DNA of 64,000 nucleotides from Octopus sinensis. Lineage: Eukaryota. This document shows positions 13,331 through 25,802 of the stretch, one piece after another; within the stretch, counting starts at the first letter, position 1, and the number at the start of each line of letters is the position of its first letter. The position numbers were made by a program, and so were the translations under genes. The stretch covers positions 25,358,001 through 25,422,000 of the forward strand of contig NC_043006.1 in NCBI RefSeq assembly GCF_006345805.1, read 5' to 3'. The notes beneath the pieces are model-generated. The model was not told the DNA's origin. It saw only the letters and a list, made by a program, of their open reading frames with translations, and ran no database searches.

Positions 13331-14338
13331 ATAAGGCTATGTTTGTATGTAAAAGGTGTTCCTCTTATTTATAATAGGAGAAATAAACCAGTTACTGATT
13401 TAGGCTGGAGGAGTCAGCATAAATGTAGAAAGAAATATTCAAAAATATTTTTTAAATGGCCCTCTATGTCCGCATGTCTGATGTTGATGGCACCACCTTT
13501 GTTTATGTATGTATATATATATATATATATATATAAACATTCAATTTTATCTATTTATTAATTGATTACAATCATATGTGTAAGTGATCCAAATAAATAA
13601 ATGAAACAAGCAAATAAATAAGTAAATAAATATATAAATAAAAATAAACGAATAAAAATAGATGAGTGTACAAATACTAAACCTTTACAGCTGTTTCTAC
13701 CATGGGGTTGCCAAATCTTCCAAGTTTTCCACATCACGCCAGTGATATACAGGGATGAACAAACATTGGACAGAGAGACCAAATGTTAGCAAACTAACAT
13801 GTGGGAAAGTAAGTTAAAATAATAAAGCAAAATAAAAATAATATAATAGAAACAGCAGTTAGCCTCTAACCTCTGACCCCTGTGACATGGACCATATCAT
13901 TAAACTCACTCCACAATGTCTTACCCTCACTATTTCCTCCAGTATAATTGAAACACAATGTAACTCCCACAGCCTGTGGAAATTTCTCCTGGAAGTGACT
14001 TTCTTTTATCATGGTATTACATAAGATGTAATACCATGGATTATGATAGCACCTTGAAATGACATTCTTACCATTCTGGTCATTCTCCTTGCTCGTGTTA
14101 ATGGCTTTTCGCTTTCTCTCATGGAATTTGTTGATGGTGTCATTTCCCTCTTTTGTTGTATCTTGTGCTACCTGTATCTCCCTTGAGTGAGTACTGTTTT
14201 ACAACCTGACATGATGTGTGCCAGGGTGCCTTTCTATCTATACAGTCAACAAATGAACCTCTTTGAAATCGTTGAACTTGGTAGAAATAGCCAAATGTTT
14301 CTCACTTCATACTACAGTCTTAAAAAAAAAAAGACATA

Positions 14339-14882
14339 TCTTTCATATAAAATCTGTTCTGTCTGTGTGTGTGTCTTCTCAGATCTCGGGCATCCTCCAT
14401 TCTATTGCACTCAAATTTGATATGTAGATACCGATGGTATCAGGGCGTGTATAAGTCTTGAAAAAATTACAAAAATCGATTCCAGGTGAGAATGCAATCG
14501 ATAAAGCCGTTTTTGTCCTGCTTTTCTTCCGTCAACCTGTACACAACTGCACCTTCCATTTTTTGTTGTTTTAAAGGCACGTTTCTTTCCTGCCAAGCTT
14601 ACTGTTTAAACCATGTTTGTGTTCTCCCAGTCAACAGCCTTATAATTACTGGTACTTTAAACTCTTTGGTTGCATATTTTTGTGAATAAAATCGTTTTTC
14701 TTTGGAATAGGAAAAAAGTCTCTCTTTATTTCTTCTTTTGCTGATGTCTCAAATTTAGGTTAAATCAGTGTTTCTCAAAGGGGAGGCCAATGGGACGGTT
14801 GGACAAGTTGTTTTGAGAAAATTTGGTTTAAATGTTTGACAACTCAGTACCAGCTATTGGACGGGGGTGGGCATTTTGCTCG
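14339..14882 (+). mobile_element. Non-autonomous Helitron-like element, family 2, copy 1
   Basis: Starts TCTTTCATATAAAATCTGTTCTGTCTGTGTG and ends GGGCATTTTGCTCG|T; closely similar to 26913-27302. Confidence 0.65.
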
Positions 14883-15296
14883 TTATATAATATAGTCCAA
14901 ATTATACTTTTTCTGTAAAGAAAATTACCACACACACAATTATTCATGGCCTGACTACTTTTGATCAGTGGTCTGCTTAATCAGGGCTGACCTAAACAAT
15001 AGCAAAAATATGACTACCAGCACCAACACACTTCATTCAATCTCCACCTGTTTCCTCAGCTTGCTCTAGTAGCCAAATCACCCAAGTCATATGTGTAGGT
15101 TATATAAATTTGTGATGTGTGTGTTGAAAGGAAAGTAAGTAATAGGTGACTTCTCTTTACTTTGAAATTATTTTAACAAGTTAAAATTTCCAAATTATAT
15201 TTTTGCGAATTTAGTATTCAAAATAGTTCTGGAAGATTTTATTTCATTAAAGAAACTAGAATTGCAGTTCATTTAACTTTTATTTTATTAATACAT

Positions 15297-15398
15297 TTCT
15301 ATATTTAAGATATGAGGAATTATGTACATTATTTACTTAATTAACAGCAAACAAGATGAGGACAAATATCTGTCAAATGTAAATAATGTAAATAATGT
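15297..15398. mobile_element. ~100-bp remnant of the PLE terminal repeat seen at 42215-42899
   Basis: 15297-15336 is the reverse complement of the 42857-42896 terminus; 15341-15398 matches aacaacaaacaagatgaggacaaatatccgtcaattgtaaataatgt. Confidence 0.8.
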
Positions 15399-16119
15399 TT
15401 TATTTTATTGTTTCTGTTTCTTTCTGGTAATAAGTATCAAGGGAAATTAATTCTTTAAAAAACTTTTTTATAATAATAGAAAATAAATTGAAGGATATAT
15501 CATCCACACTAAATAGTATGGTGACCTACCGAACTGTTAGTAAATGCTTATTTGAGCTACTGACTTGCTGAGTTATGTAAACAATCTCTCTATTTATCTA
15601 TTACATAGTATGCATGTGTCCTCATTGTTTACCTGCCTATACAACTACTGAAAAGTTTTGGAGAGGATAGGATTCCCACTTATATTGTAACCTACACAAA
15701 TTTTATTGTATTTGTTGCAACTAGTAAATATAAATTTCATATTGAATGTCCAATTCACATTAAGAATAAAGCTTTATTGCATTTTTTTGAAATTGAAAAA
15801 CACACGCGTGCGCACACACACACACACTCTCTCTCTCACTCCCCCACTCTCTCAGTATTTACATTCATTGTATAAAAATGGAATGTCTCTGTTTACTCCC
15901 ACACCAGAGACTGCATAACAAACTGTTCAGTATATATTTCTAACTTAAGCTCAATTAATTATAACTGAGCTTATTCAGCTACTTCTACCTTTTTTTTTTT
16001 TTTCTAGTTTCAGCTCAAAGCTGCGGCCATTTGCAATCCAACTTTAAACCCCAACTAATTTTAATTAATAATCAGCAATTGGTGAAAATGTTGATATATT
16101 TTACTTGTTTCAATCATTA

Positions 16120-16455
16120 AACTTGTGGCTGTGCTGGGGCATGACCTTGAAAAATTTTTAATCAAATGAATTAACTCCAGCACTATTTTTTTGAAGCCTG
16201 GTACTTATTCTATCAGTCTGTTTTACCAAGCTGTTAAGTTACAGGGATGTAAGCATACCAATACTGGTTTTCAAGCAGTGGTGGGGGACAAACAAACAGA
16301 GAGAGAGGGGTGGGGATTCAGTTTCCATCTTCTAAATTTACTCACAAGACTGGTTGGCCCAAGGCTATAGTAGAAGACACTTGCCCAAGGTGCCTTGCAG
16401 AAAGCCTGAACCCAGAACCATTTGGTTAGAAAGCAAGCTTCTTACCACACAACCA
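16120..16455. mobile_element. Composite of tRNA-derived SINE fragments
   Basis: + strand cctggtacttattctat... tail segment followed by a minus-strand SINE head (aaggctatagtagaagacacttgcccaaggtgcc...cttcttaccacaca). Confidence 0.65.
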
Positions 16456-16548
16456 CAACTTTATTTTGTATTCTTTATATTCTATATATTTTTATATCCT
16501 TTATTTTTTTATATTTGATAAATAATGAAAATCATTAATAATCTACAT

Positions 16549-16833
16549 CAGAGCTGGCCAACCTGAGGCCCGCAGGTCGCACGTGGCTTGCAGACTTTTG
16601 ATCTTGCATCCCGCTTGATACTTTCTTTTTTAAAATGTAATGCAAAGTAAAAAAGAAAGATACTACTGTTTGCAACGAAAATACTTCATGTTGAATCAGC
16701 GACCATTCATTCATTATTGTAATAATAGCATGAGAAAGCAAAATGTTTTCATTTCTGTTGGTATACAAGCGGCCCTCAAAAAGCTTTCCGTGATTAAAGT
16801 AGCCTGCAATGTAATTTGAGTTGGCCAGGCCTG
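16549..16833. mobile_element. hAT (Charlie-like) MITE
   Basis: TIRs CAGAGCTGGCCAAC / GTTGGCCAGGCCTG; 8-bp flanks ATCTACAT / ATCTATAT (7 of 8 match, fits the NTCTAGAN target). Confidence 0.85.
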
Positions 16834-18379
16834 ATCTATATCTAAAATAACCACATCATACCAAATTACAAAGTTTTACGTATTTTAGTTGCAAAATTAT
16901 TTTTGGCTTGAACACTGTTTTGTTGTGTGTGTTCCTGTTGAATATTTAGAAAATGACCTCTATACTCTTTTGGGAAGTAATTTGAGATTTTAATATCTAA
17001 TTTGAATATTTGCTATTATTTCATTCAAAGAAGAATGCAATCATTATTTTCAATTCATCTTCAAGACTTTTTCAAGACTGTGCCCCATCATGACAGAAAT
17101 AAGTAAAAGAAAAAAGTCTATCAGCACTTAAATTGTGTCATAGTGAAACCTTTTTAGGTTCTGTATGAAGAATGGAGTCAATGTTTTTGTTACCAAAATA
17201 TTACTTGATTATCATATAACTATCATTCTTTTGCCTGTTTTATGGTTCTGACTTTTCATACATTGTGGTTATATTTTTGTTAGATTTTATTCCTAGTTTC
17301 TTGTAATCTAATGCTACTGAAGTAGCATTCCTAGCTTTTGGTTTTCTGCAGCAGTCAGTCGAACCTGTTTAAAAAAAAGGGTCCAAAAGAAGTAGGGTAC
17401 ATATGCATAAAAGAAAACTAAATATAACTTTATGCTTTTGGCTCCCAATTCTTCCTTATGCTTTTGCCATGAAATAAAATTTTTTATTATATACTTTATG
17501 CTAGATTGTTGGAAAAAAAAGAATGTTTTAAAAATAGACATTATTTTCTCTGCCACAGAGCACTTTATTATATTTCTTCTGGCTTCTTTTCTTTTTCTTC
17601 TATAATAATTTATATTAATTTTAAAACTAATAATTATTATTGTACAAAAAAACAAATAGTTAAGAGTCAGGTACCTTTTACATTTTATACTGATTTTAAA
17701 TTCACACTTCATAAGTAGAAATTAAACATTTATACAGATACTTTTCTTAAATGTTCAGTGTGGTACATTAAGAACTCATATGTACTGCATTACTCTTACT
17801 AGTATGACACTTTCAGCTTATATGTTTCTTACCTAAGCTGGCACATTATAGTAGCTTGTTTTGTTTTTTTATCATGTACAATATTTCCACATTCATGAAT
17901 ATGAAAATGAATGTGTAAAAAATGTCTGCTTTATTTATCAAATTTTCTACTTTATTCTAATATTAAAAGCCAAACAGAGAATTTAAATTATTAAGTTGTG
18001 TCTGGGGAGAGTGATGTTCTTTTTGTGCCTTATAATTTATCACACTCACTGGTCAACCTTTCCAATAACTTTGCTTAAAGGAAAATGAAATCATTTTGCA
18101 TTGAAATACATATATTCAATAGGGTAGTGAATTGTCAAGGGTGGGGAATTAGCAGCAAAAAATGTTCTGCAGATCTTGTTGAGGTCAACTTTGCTTTTCA
18201 TTCAAGGTCAATAAAATGAAGTACTAGTCAAATAGTGGTGTATGTGTCATTGACTGACATGCTCTGCACAAACTTCCTGGCTTTGTACCTAAATTGGAAA
18301 CAGTATTATGTCTGCTTACTTACCAAATGTTCTTTGTTATTCTGACATTAAAAGGCCAAACTAAAATTTGAAACAAGTA

Positions 18380-18428
18380 AATAAATTCCACCTATATATA
18401 TATATATATATATATATAAATTTCACCC

Positions 18429-18461
<33 letters not shown>

Positions 18462-18827
18462 AAATTTCACCCATATATATATATATATATATAAATTTCA
18501 CCCATATATATATATATATCATCATCATCATCATCGTTTAACGTCCGCTTTCCATGCTAGCATGGGTTGGACGGTTCAACTGGGGTCTGGCAAGCCCGAA
18601 GGCTGCACCAGGCCAGTCAGATCTGGCAGTGTTTCTACAGCTGGATGCCCTTCCTAACGCCAACCACTCCGAGAGTGTAGTGGGTGATTTTATGTGCCAC
18701 CGACACAGGTGCCAGACGAGGCTGGCAGACGGCCACGCTCGGATGGTGTTTTTTATGTGCCACCGACACAGGTGCCAGACGAGGCTGGCTGACGGCCACG
18801 CTCGGATGGTGTTTTCTTATGTGTCAC

Positions 18828-18865
<38 letters not shown>

Positions 18866-18917
18866 TATATATATAATATAAATTTCACCCATATATATAT
18901 ATATATATAAATTTCAC

Positions 18918-18951
<34 letters not shown>

Positions 18952-18960
18952 TTCACCCAT

Positions 18961-18993
<33 letters not shown>

Positions 18994-19135
18994 AATTTCA
19001 CCCATATATATATATAATATATATAAATTTCACCCATATATATATATATATATATATATATAAATTTCACCCATATATATATAATATATATATATATATT
19101 ATATATATATATATATTAAATTTCACCCATATATA
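18380..19135. repeat. Minisatellite of AAATTTCACCC plus (AT)n, split by an RTE insertion
   Basis: About a dozen aaatttcaccc spacers separated by variable AT runs on both sides of 18520-18827. Confidence 0.92.
18520..18827 (-). mobile_element. RTE 3' UTR fragment
   Basis: (CAT)n cgtttaacgtccgctttccatgctagcatgggttggacgg...; near-identical to 19657-19942. Confidence 0.9.
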
Positions 19136-19656
19136 TATATATTGATAGACATATACAATATGTATATATATATATATATATATATTGATAGACATATACA
19201 ATATATGTATATATGTATATATATATATATTGATAGACATGTACAATATATGTATATATGTATATATATATATTGATAGACATGTACAATATATGTATAT
19301 ATGTATATATATATATATTGATAGACATGTACAATATATGTATATATGTATATATATATATTGATAGACATATACAATATATGTATATATGTATATATAT
19401 ATATTGATAGACATATACAATATATGTATATATATATATATTGATAGACATATACAATATATGTATATATGTATATATATATTTTGATAGACATATACTA
19501 TATATATATATATGTATATATATATATTGATAGACATATACAATATATGTATATATATATTTTGATATACATATACTATATATATATGTATATTGATAGA
19601 CATATACAATATATGTATATATATATTTTGATATACATATACAATATATATATATG
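19136..19656. repeat. Minisatellite, unit ~35-39 bp (ttgatagacatatacaatatatgtatatatg plus (ta)n)
   Basis: About 13 recognisable tandem units. Confidence 0.93.
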
Positions 19657-19942
19657 TCATCATCATCATCATCATCATCATTTAACGTCCGCTTTCCATG
19701 CTAGCATGGGTTGGACGGTTCAACTGGGGTCTGGGGAGCCCGAAAGCTGCACCAGTCCAGTCAGATCTGGCAGTGTTTCTACAGCTGGATGCCCTTCCTA
19801 ACGCCAACCACTCCGAGAGTGTAGTGGGTGATTTTATGTGCCACCGACACAGGTGCCAGACGAGGCTGGCAAACGGCCACGCTCGGATGGTGTTTTTTAT
19901 GTGCCACCGACACAGGTGCCAGACGAGGCTGGCAGACGGCCA
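19657..19942 (-). mobile_element. RTE 3' UTR fragment, near-duplicate of 18520-18827
   Basis: Same tail and the same internal tandem duplication of ttttatgtgccaccgacacaggtgccagacgaggctggc. Confidence 0.9.
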
Positions 19943-20422
19943 TGTATATAATATGTATATAATAACAATTTAATAAATAAAACATATGCATGCATACATA
20001 CATATATGTACATACCTACATGTATATGTATATATACATGCATATATGAGTACAGTACACCACAAATAAACGTAGAACACAACGAGAAACGAAAACATAA
20101 AATCAAACAAGGAAACAGACTTTTTTTAACAACGAAAAAACAGAGTACAAGACAAACAATACAAGGAATATTCCCCTTCTTCAGCTGCCCCTGTTTCGAC
20201 TCAATACGTGTTTCGAAGGTAAGGGCAGAACACGATCCGGCTGAAGCATGTACAATATATATATATATATATATACATATAAGAAAAAGGGACAGGCAAA
20301 CAGGTTGCTTGACCGCATACCGAAAAAATAGAAATAGCAGTCAAGAATGCTTATTTCTATCAAAGTTGGACTCCGGGCACGACAAACCCTGTAATTCACA
20401 TATGCAAAACAGAAGGAATAGA

Positions 20423-20453
<31 letters not shown>

Positions 20454-20493
20454 TTCCTCTGCCTTCCCATCTCTGGATCTTTCCTTCTCCTAT

Positions 20494-20528
20494 GTTTCCG
20501 ACGAAGAGCTCCACTCGAAACGTTAAAC
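20494..20528 (+). ncRNA. Minimal type I hammerhead ribozyme motif with variant core (CCGACGA)
   Basis: GTTT-CCGACGA-A-GAG(CTCCA)CTC-GAAAC-GTT-AAAC: helix I GTTT/AAAC, helix II GAG/CTC, loopless palindromic helix III ACGT; U4 replaced by C. Confidence 0.7.
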
Positions 20529-20622
20529 CCCCCTTCTTTCCTTCTTTCCTGAGCGTCCAATAATACTATATTTGTTTCACGTCCTTACGTTGTTGTGTTT
20601 TTTTGTGCTTTCTTGTTTGGAT

Positions 20623-20625
<3 letters not shown>

Positions 20626-20673
<48 letters not shown>

Positions 20674-20676
20674 ATA

Positions 20677-20723
<47 letters not shown>

Positions 20724-20728
20724 ATATG

Positions 20729-20774
<46 letters not shown>

Positions 20775-20777
20775 ATA

Positions 20778-20809
<32 letters not shown>

Positions 20810-20889
20810 ATATTATATATATTGATATGGTGTGTGTGTATATATATATATATGTATATATATTGATATACAATATATATATATTTTGA

Positions 20890-20923
<34 letters not shown>

Positions 20924-20964
20924 ATATATATAATATATATATATAGATATATATATATATATAT

Positions 20965-21029
<65 letters not shown>

Positions 21030-21035
21030 GAATAG

Positions 21036-21100
<65 letters not shown>

Positions 21101-21102
21101 AT

Positions 21103-21144
<42 letters not shown>

Positions 21145-21350
21145 TAACAAATGAAAGACAGAAGGTGGAATATACGAAAATATATTATTAATCACAACAA
21201 TTGTTTTGACACATCTAGCATCCACTCCTCTTGTGGGACACAAAAACTGGTTCAGGAGTATCCGGTGGTGCAGACATATCTCGTGGGGTTTTAAATAAAT
21301 AAAAAATCTGCCAAAGATGTCGAATGTATGTATGTATGTATGTATGTATG

Positions 21351-21420
<70 letters not shown>
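20626..21420. repeat. (AT)n, (TG)n and (TATG)n microsatellite blocks
   Basis: Long TA runs with attgatatgtgtg and atagat interruptions at 20626-21140; (TATG)n(TA)n at 21326-21420. Confidence 0.95.
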
Positions 21421-21425
<5 letters not shown>

Positions 21426-22381
21426 CACATTAGTATTATTATTAGACTTTTTCAAACAGATTCTTTTATTTAGAAATGTGAGATTATCAGTTTGCACAGA
21501 AATTGCTATAGGTTGTTGTAATTATCTATCTCAAAGGAAGTTTATATTAATCTATATGAAAATACCCTGTTTCTATTTTATTGTTCACTAACATTTAATA
21601 TCTTTTTTTCATTGCTGATATTAACAATTTTTAAAATTCTAAACCTGTATAATTTTGCTTTCTTTTGCATCTGTAATTCATTTGAATATTTTTTTCTCTT
21701 CCTTTGTCCAATACATTCTAGTGGGAAATTTAAAATGACATCTTAAATATAATTTTTAAATGCGTTTATCTTCATTTCCATTTGACTGTCATATTACCTT
21801 ACTTCCTTTTACTCGGTGTTCTGGTATTTGCAGTCACTCTGATATCACAATTTGACAGAACAGAAAAAGAAAATTGGGCCATTGTTACAATTTTTTTGTG
21901 TTTTAACCTTTCAGCAAAAGATGTTGATACACTCTGTTAAACCTTTTTTTTTATTTAGTTGTCATTCTCAGAAATGTTTAGTGATATCTACAGCAAATCT
22001 TAAAAAATGAAATACTGTTGTTTTTTTTTTTTTACTTAGTATTATAATTTCAATGAAGTTGGAAGAAAGCATGTGAAAATTGTTATGACCTTGTTGTCAC
22101 TTAGATATGTTCTCAGTCAGACAAATTTACAAATTATTTAAACTAGAGTATAGGTGATATATGTATGCATGTATAATAATATGCATGTATGTGTAAGAAA
22201 TAAAATTATTTAATCCAGGCAGATATCATTAAAACACTCAGTGTTAAATGAGTTTGGTTAACTATATCAAACAATCAGATAAAAATAAATACAAGTAGAA
22301 CAAGGTAATTCTTCATGTATGACAAATAAATCCAAATATTTCTCAGATTTCCAAGAAATTTGGACTATAAGACAACAATAA

Positions 22382-22615
22382 GAATGGAGAAAAATGACCT
22401 CTTTAATTGGTGGTTACACCATACATTACCAAAGATCATTTCTATTGTACCAGCATATTTAGGTATGGGAAATGGTATAAAATACCAGTGAAACTAATAT
22501 ACTTGAAAATATATAAATTTCACTGGTATGTTATACCTTTTCCTGCATCTAACAGTAATGATCATTGGTAATGTATGGTGTAATCACCAATTAAAGATGT
22601 GATTTTTCTCCATTC
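22382..22615. repeat. Long imperfect palindrome (foldback or MITE-like)
   Basis: 22382-22440 pairs with 22557-22615 (4 mismatches in 59); 22474-22493 pairs with 22518-22537 (1 mismatch in 20); 24-nt central loop. Confidence 0.9.
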
Positions 22616-22821
22616 ATATTCTTGTTATGTGTGTCTGTGTGTGTAATAAATGTGAGAAAGAGAAAATGGAATTCATGCATTGGTCCTTTGTGGATTAGAT
22701 TCTGAACAACTGGCTGTGATACATCATTCGGTATAGATGTGTCTCATCAGGTGACTTTTCAAAAAGTACCTTGCTCATTAAACTCAGTTTCACTTAATTT
22801 GAATATAATACATTTTGTTAG

Positions 22822-22909
22822 GTGCAGGCATGGCTGTGTCATAAAAAGCTTGCTTCGCAACCACAAGACTTATGAGTGGATTTGGTAGACAGAAATTGAA
22901 AGAAACCTG

Positions 22910-22946
<37 letters not shown>

Positions 22947-23335
22947 CACAAGAGTTGCTCTGTGGTAAGAAGCTTGCTTCCCAACCACATGGATCTGGGT
23001 TCAGTCCCACTGCGTGGCACCTTGGGCAAGTGTCTTCTGCTATAGCTTCGGGTTGATCAAAGCCTTGCGAGTGGATTTGGTAGATGGAAACTGAAAGAAG
23101 CCCATCGTGTGTGTGTCTGTATTTGTTCCTTCCCCACCATCTGCACTTCACGACCGGTGCTGGTGTGTTTATGTCCCCATAACTTAGTGGTTCAGCAAAA
23201 GTGTCTAATGGAATAAGTACTAGGCTTTAAAAGAAAATAAGTCCTGGGGCTCAATTTGTTCAACTAAAAACCCTTCAAGGCAATACTCCAACTTGGCCGC
23301 AGTCAAATGACTGAAACAAGTAAAACAATAAACGA
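22822..23335 (+). mobile_element. tRNA-derived SINE with a duplicated head separated by (TA)n
   Basis: Two heads (ggtgcaggcatggctgtg... and ggcacaagagttgctctgtggtaag...) followed by body and tail gcagtcaaatgactgaaacaagtaaaa. Confidence 0.85.
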
Positions 23336-24029
23336 ATATTTGAATATTTTCCTGTAGCTGGTTCCTTGCAGGGGATACTATGGTTTAGAACAGGCGCAAA
23401 TGTGCCCATTTTATTGCACCCACAGGCTGATATACTTGTATGTACAAAATAAAGCTAATTTTTCAGTTATAAAATTTATACAATTCTTGTATGCCTATTT
23501 GCGACATAGGTCAGGTTTCCACTATGACTCGAACAGAAATCATTCGGCAATTGCCATTTGAATGGAGATTTTGTTTGCACTATAAAACGCATATTGCTAG
23601 GTTTGTACCGCCCCTTTGAGAGCCAACTACACTTTACCTGAGAAAGCTAAAAATATCTTGCATGTATGGAAATAACTGTTATATGAAACAAAAGCTGAAG
23701 GATTGTAGAAGATACTGTGTAAAAATTATTCATATCCAAGAACCCCAAGTATTTAAATTTTCCTCCCTATTTCATTTCTCACGTTTTTTATGAAAATATC
23801 TCTGAAATCAACACTCACCCTCTTTCTGTTAATAGATAAGCAAAAAGATCTATTAAAAAACAAAAACAAATTGGTAAAGCTTCATCGAAACAGAAACTAC
23901 TAATTAGGTGCTTTGTGGACAGGATTATAAGAAATACTAACTTTTTTCTGAAAAAGCAGTGAAAAATGACTTTTTTTGAAAGGGGTGTCGCATTTTTGCT
24001 GTCAGTCAGTGTCAAGGTCAACAGGAGTT

Positions 24030-25060
24030 ACTTTCATCTGCCATCCCCTTCCCTACCCACTTACTTGTCAGCACCTGTGTGGACAAGGGAGAGAGAAAAA
24101 TCAAGTTAGCTCTTGCAGAATGAAACAAGAGCATAATTTTTGGCAGATTTTTATTTTTTGCTCTTTTTACAACACTAACTGCATGCATTATTATGACTAT
24201 GAGCCAGTTGGTTTTTGTTTTTCCCAGGCAATGGTAATAACAAAAATTCCCAAAGTGATAATATAAATTTAACCGTTTATAACTTTGTTAAATCAATTTT
24301 TTTTTAATACCATTATCAATATGGCAAACGTTTATAAAGATCCTAAAGAATAGAAGTGTTGTTGAATGTGCTTTGATTAAAAATGGACCGAGCTTTATTT
24401 TTTTTTATTGAAATAGATAAGTGCATTTGCCTTATTTTCAATGGACAAGTAGCCATTCATAAAAAAATATAATAAAAGAGGGGACATTTTACAAATGCAA
24501 GAGGAAAATTTATTAGCTATGCTTTCAAAGACAAAAGACAGATTTTATTTCTGTCTACTAATGAACAACCTGGTGTTGGTGCTGAGGGGAAACTCCTAGT
24601 GAACATTTGTTATAACAAACATATGGGTGGGGGCTGATAAATCCGACCAATATCGGGCATATTACCCAGCTGGTCGACCTGGGAAGAAATGGTGAAGGTA
24701 AATTTTGTGGTTTTTAGTTAATTTAACTATAGTAAATTCATATATTGTATATGTAAAAAGCCATAAGGTACCTCCGCCATCAAAGGACTATGACCACTTG
24801 AAATTTCGGGTTGACATCGCATCTCAGTTACATGACTGCTTTTCTTCTAAGAAAGCACAGAACTGGGAGAAAAGCAAAATTAACTGAGGTGGATGTCAAC
24901 AGAGAAAATATTGACTTTCATTAAGTCGAAAAGATAAAAGGAAGAAAAAAGTTTTCTCTGCAAAGGGTATCAGATTGAGACTTCGTATATGTGCTCCTTT
25001 TGCTAAGTGCTCTTGTGTAAGGGTGCTTTGGGTGGTTTCATGAAAGAAATATGTCATAAC
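24030..25060 (+). mobile_element. Decayed piggyBac-like transposase
   Basis: YNKHMGGADKSDQYRAYYP.GRPGKKW...WFLVNLTIVNSYIVY and a Cys-rich C-terminus (ETSYMCSFC..LLCK); TIRs and TTAA not resolved. Confidence 0.8.
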
Positions 25061-25802
25061 TATATTATTTTATCATATATTCCTTTTAATTTTATTATAA
25101 ATAATATGTGAAAGTGAGAAATACATATTAATTTCCAGTATGTTACACACCTGTATTCACCTTTGTCTCACCTGTTAATGAGCTTTTTTATTAGATGCAT
25201 TCTGTTACGTAAATGAATTCATTAAACTGAGTTCAAATTAAAGTTATTTACTTGGAAAATACTTTAAAGACTTTTCTGTATGAATGCACACATTTTATTG
25301 CTAATTCATTTCCATGGTTTAATATCCTGCAATTAGGATATGGAATATTTCTTCAATTGACCATTTAATATTTGGTGCCCTTATCCTTTAAAGTCCAGTT
25401 GAACCTACTCAAACGTGTACAGTTAATTTTTTCTCTCTATTTTTGAAATAAAAAAGATGATTGCATCATCTTTGTTTAAAGTCAGTAGAACATGAACCTA
25501 TGTAATAATTAGAACTAACATAAGCTGTTACTGTGCATCTATAAACTAGAGTTTATAGATGTACTGTGTCTTGATCATATATTCTGTATGTTGTATGAAA
25601 TCTAATGATTAACTCAGGATTTACCTATCAAGTGAAGTGCAGTTGAATTGTTTATCTTAAACAATTCTGATTGTTCCCTATCATTTAATGTGGTTAGCCA
25701 GTTTTGGATTGTATCAGAGTACACATAAAGTACTTGCCTAGATTTCATATCTCCGTTCTTTTACATTATATAAGGAGTTATTAATAAGGGACTATCAATC
25801 AT

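Noticed and set aside
18380-19656. Repeat-spacer-like periodicity resembling a CRISPR array
   Set aside because: The spacers are only (AT)n runs, the DNA is eukaryotic and there are no cas genes
20170-20250. Minus-strand CTGAAGA with two upstream GAAAC motifs (possible type II hammerhead)
   Set aside because: Helices I and II need several G-U pairs and mismatches; no convincing fold by eye
21193-21236. Minus-strand cacaa..gaggag...AAAAC-AATT-GTT-gtg, resembling a hammerhead with palindromic helix III
   Set aside because: CUGA is missing and GAAA reads AAAA; too decayed to call
22720-22755. Minus-strand CTGATGA...GAAT
   Set aside because: No helix II pairing, no GAAAC, no helix I
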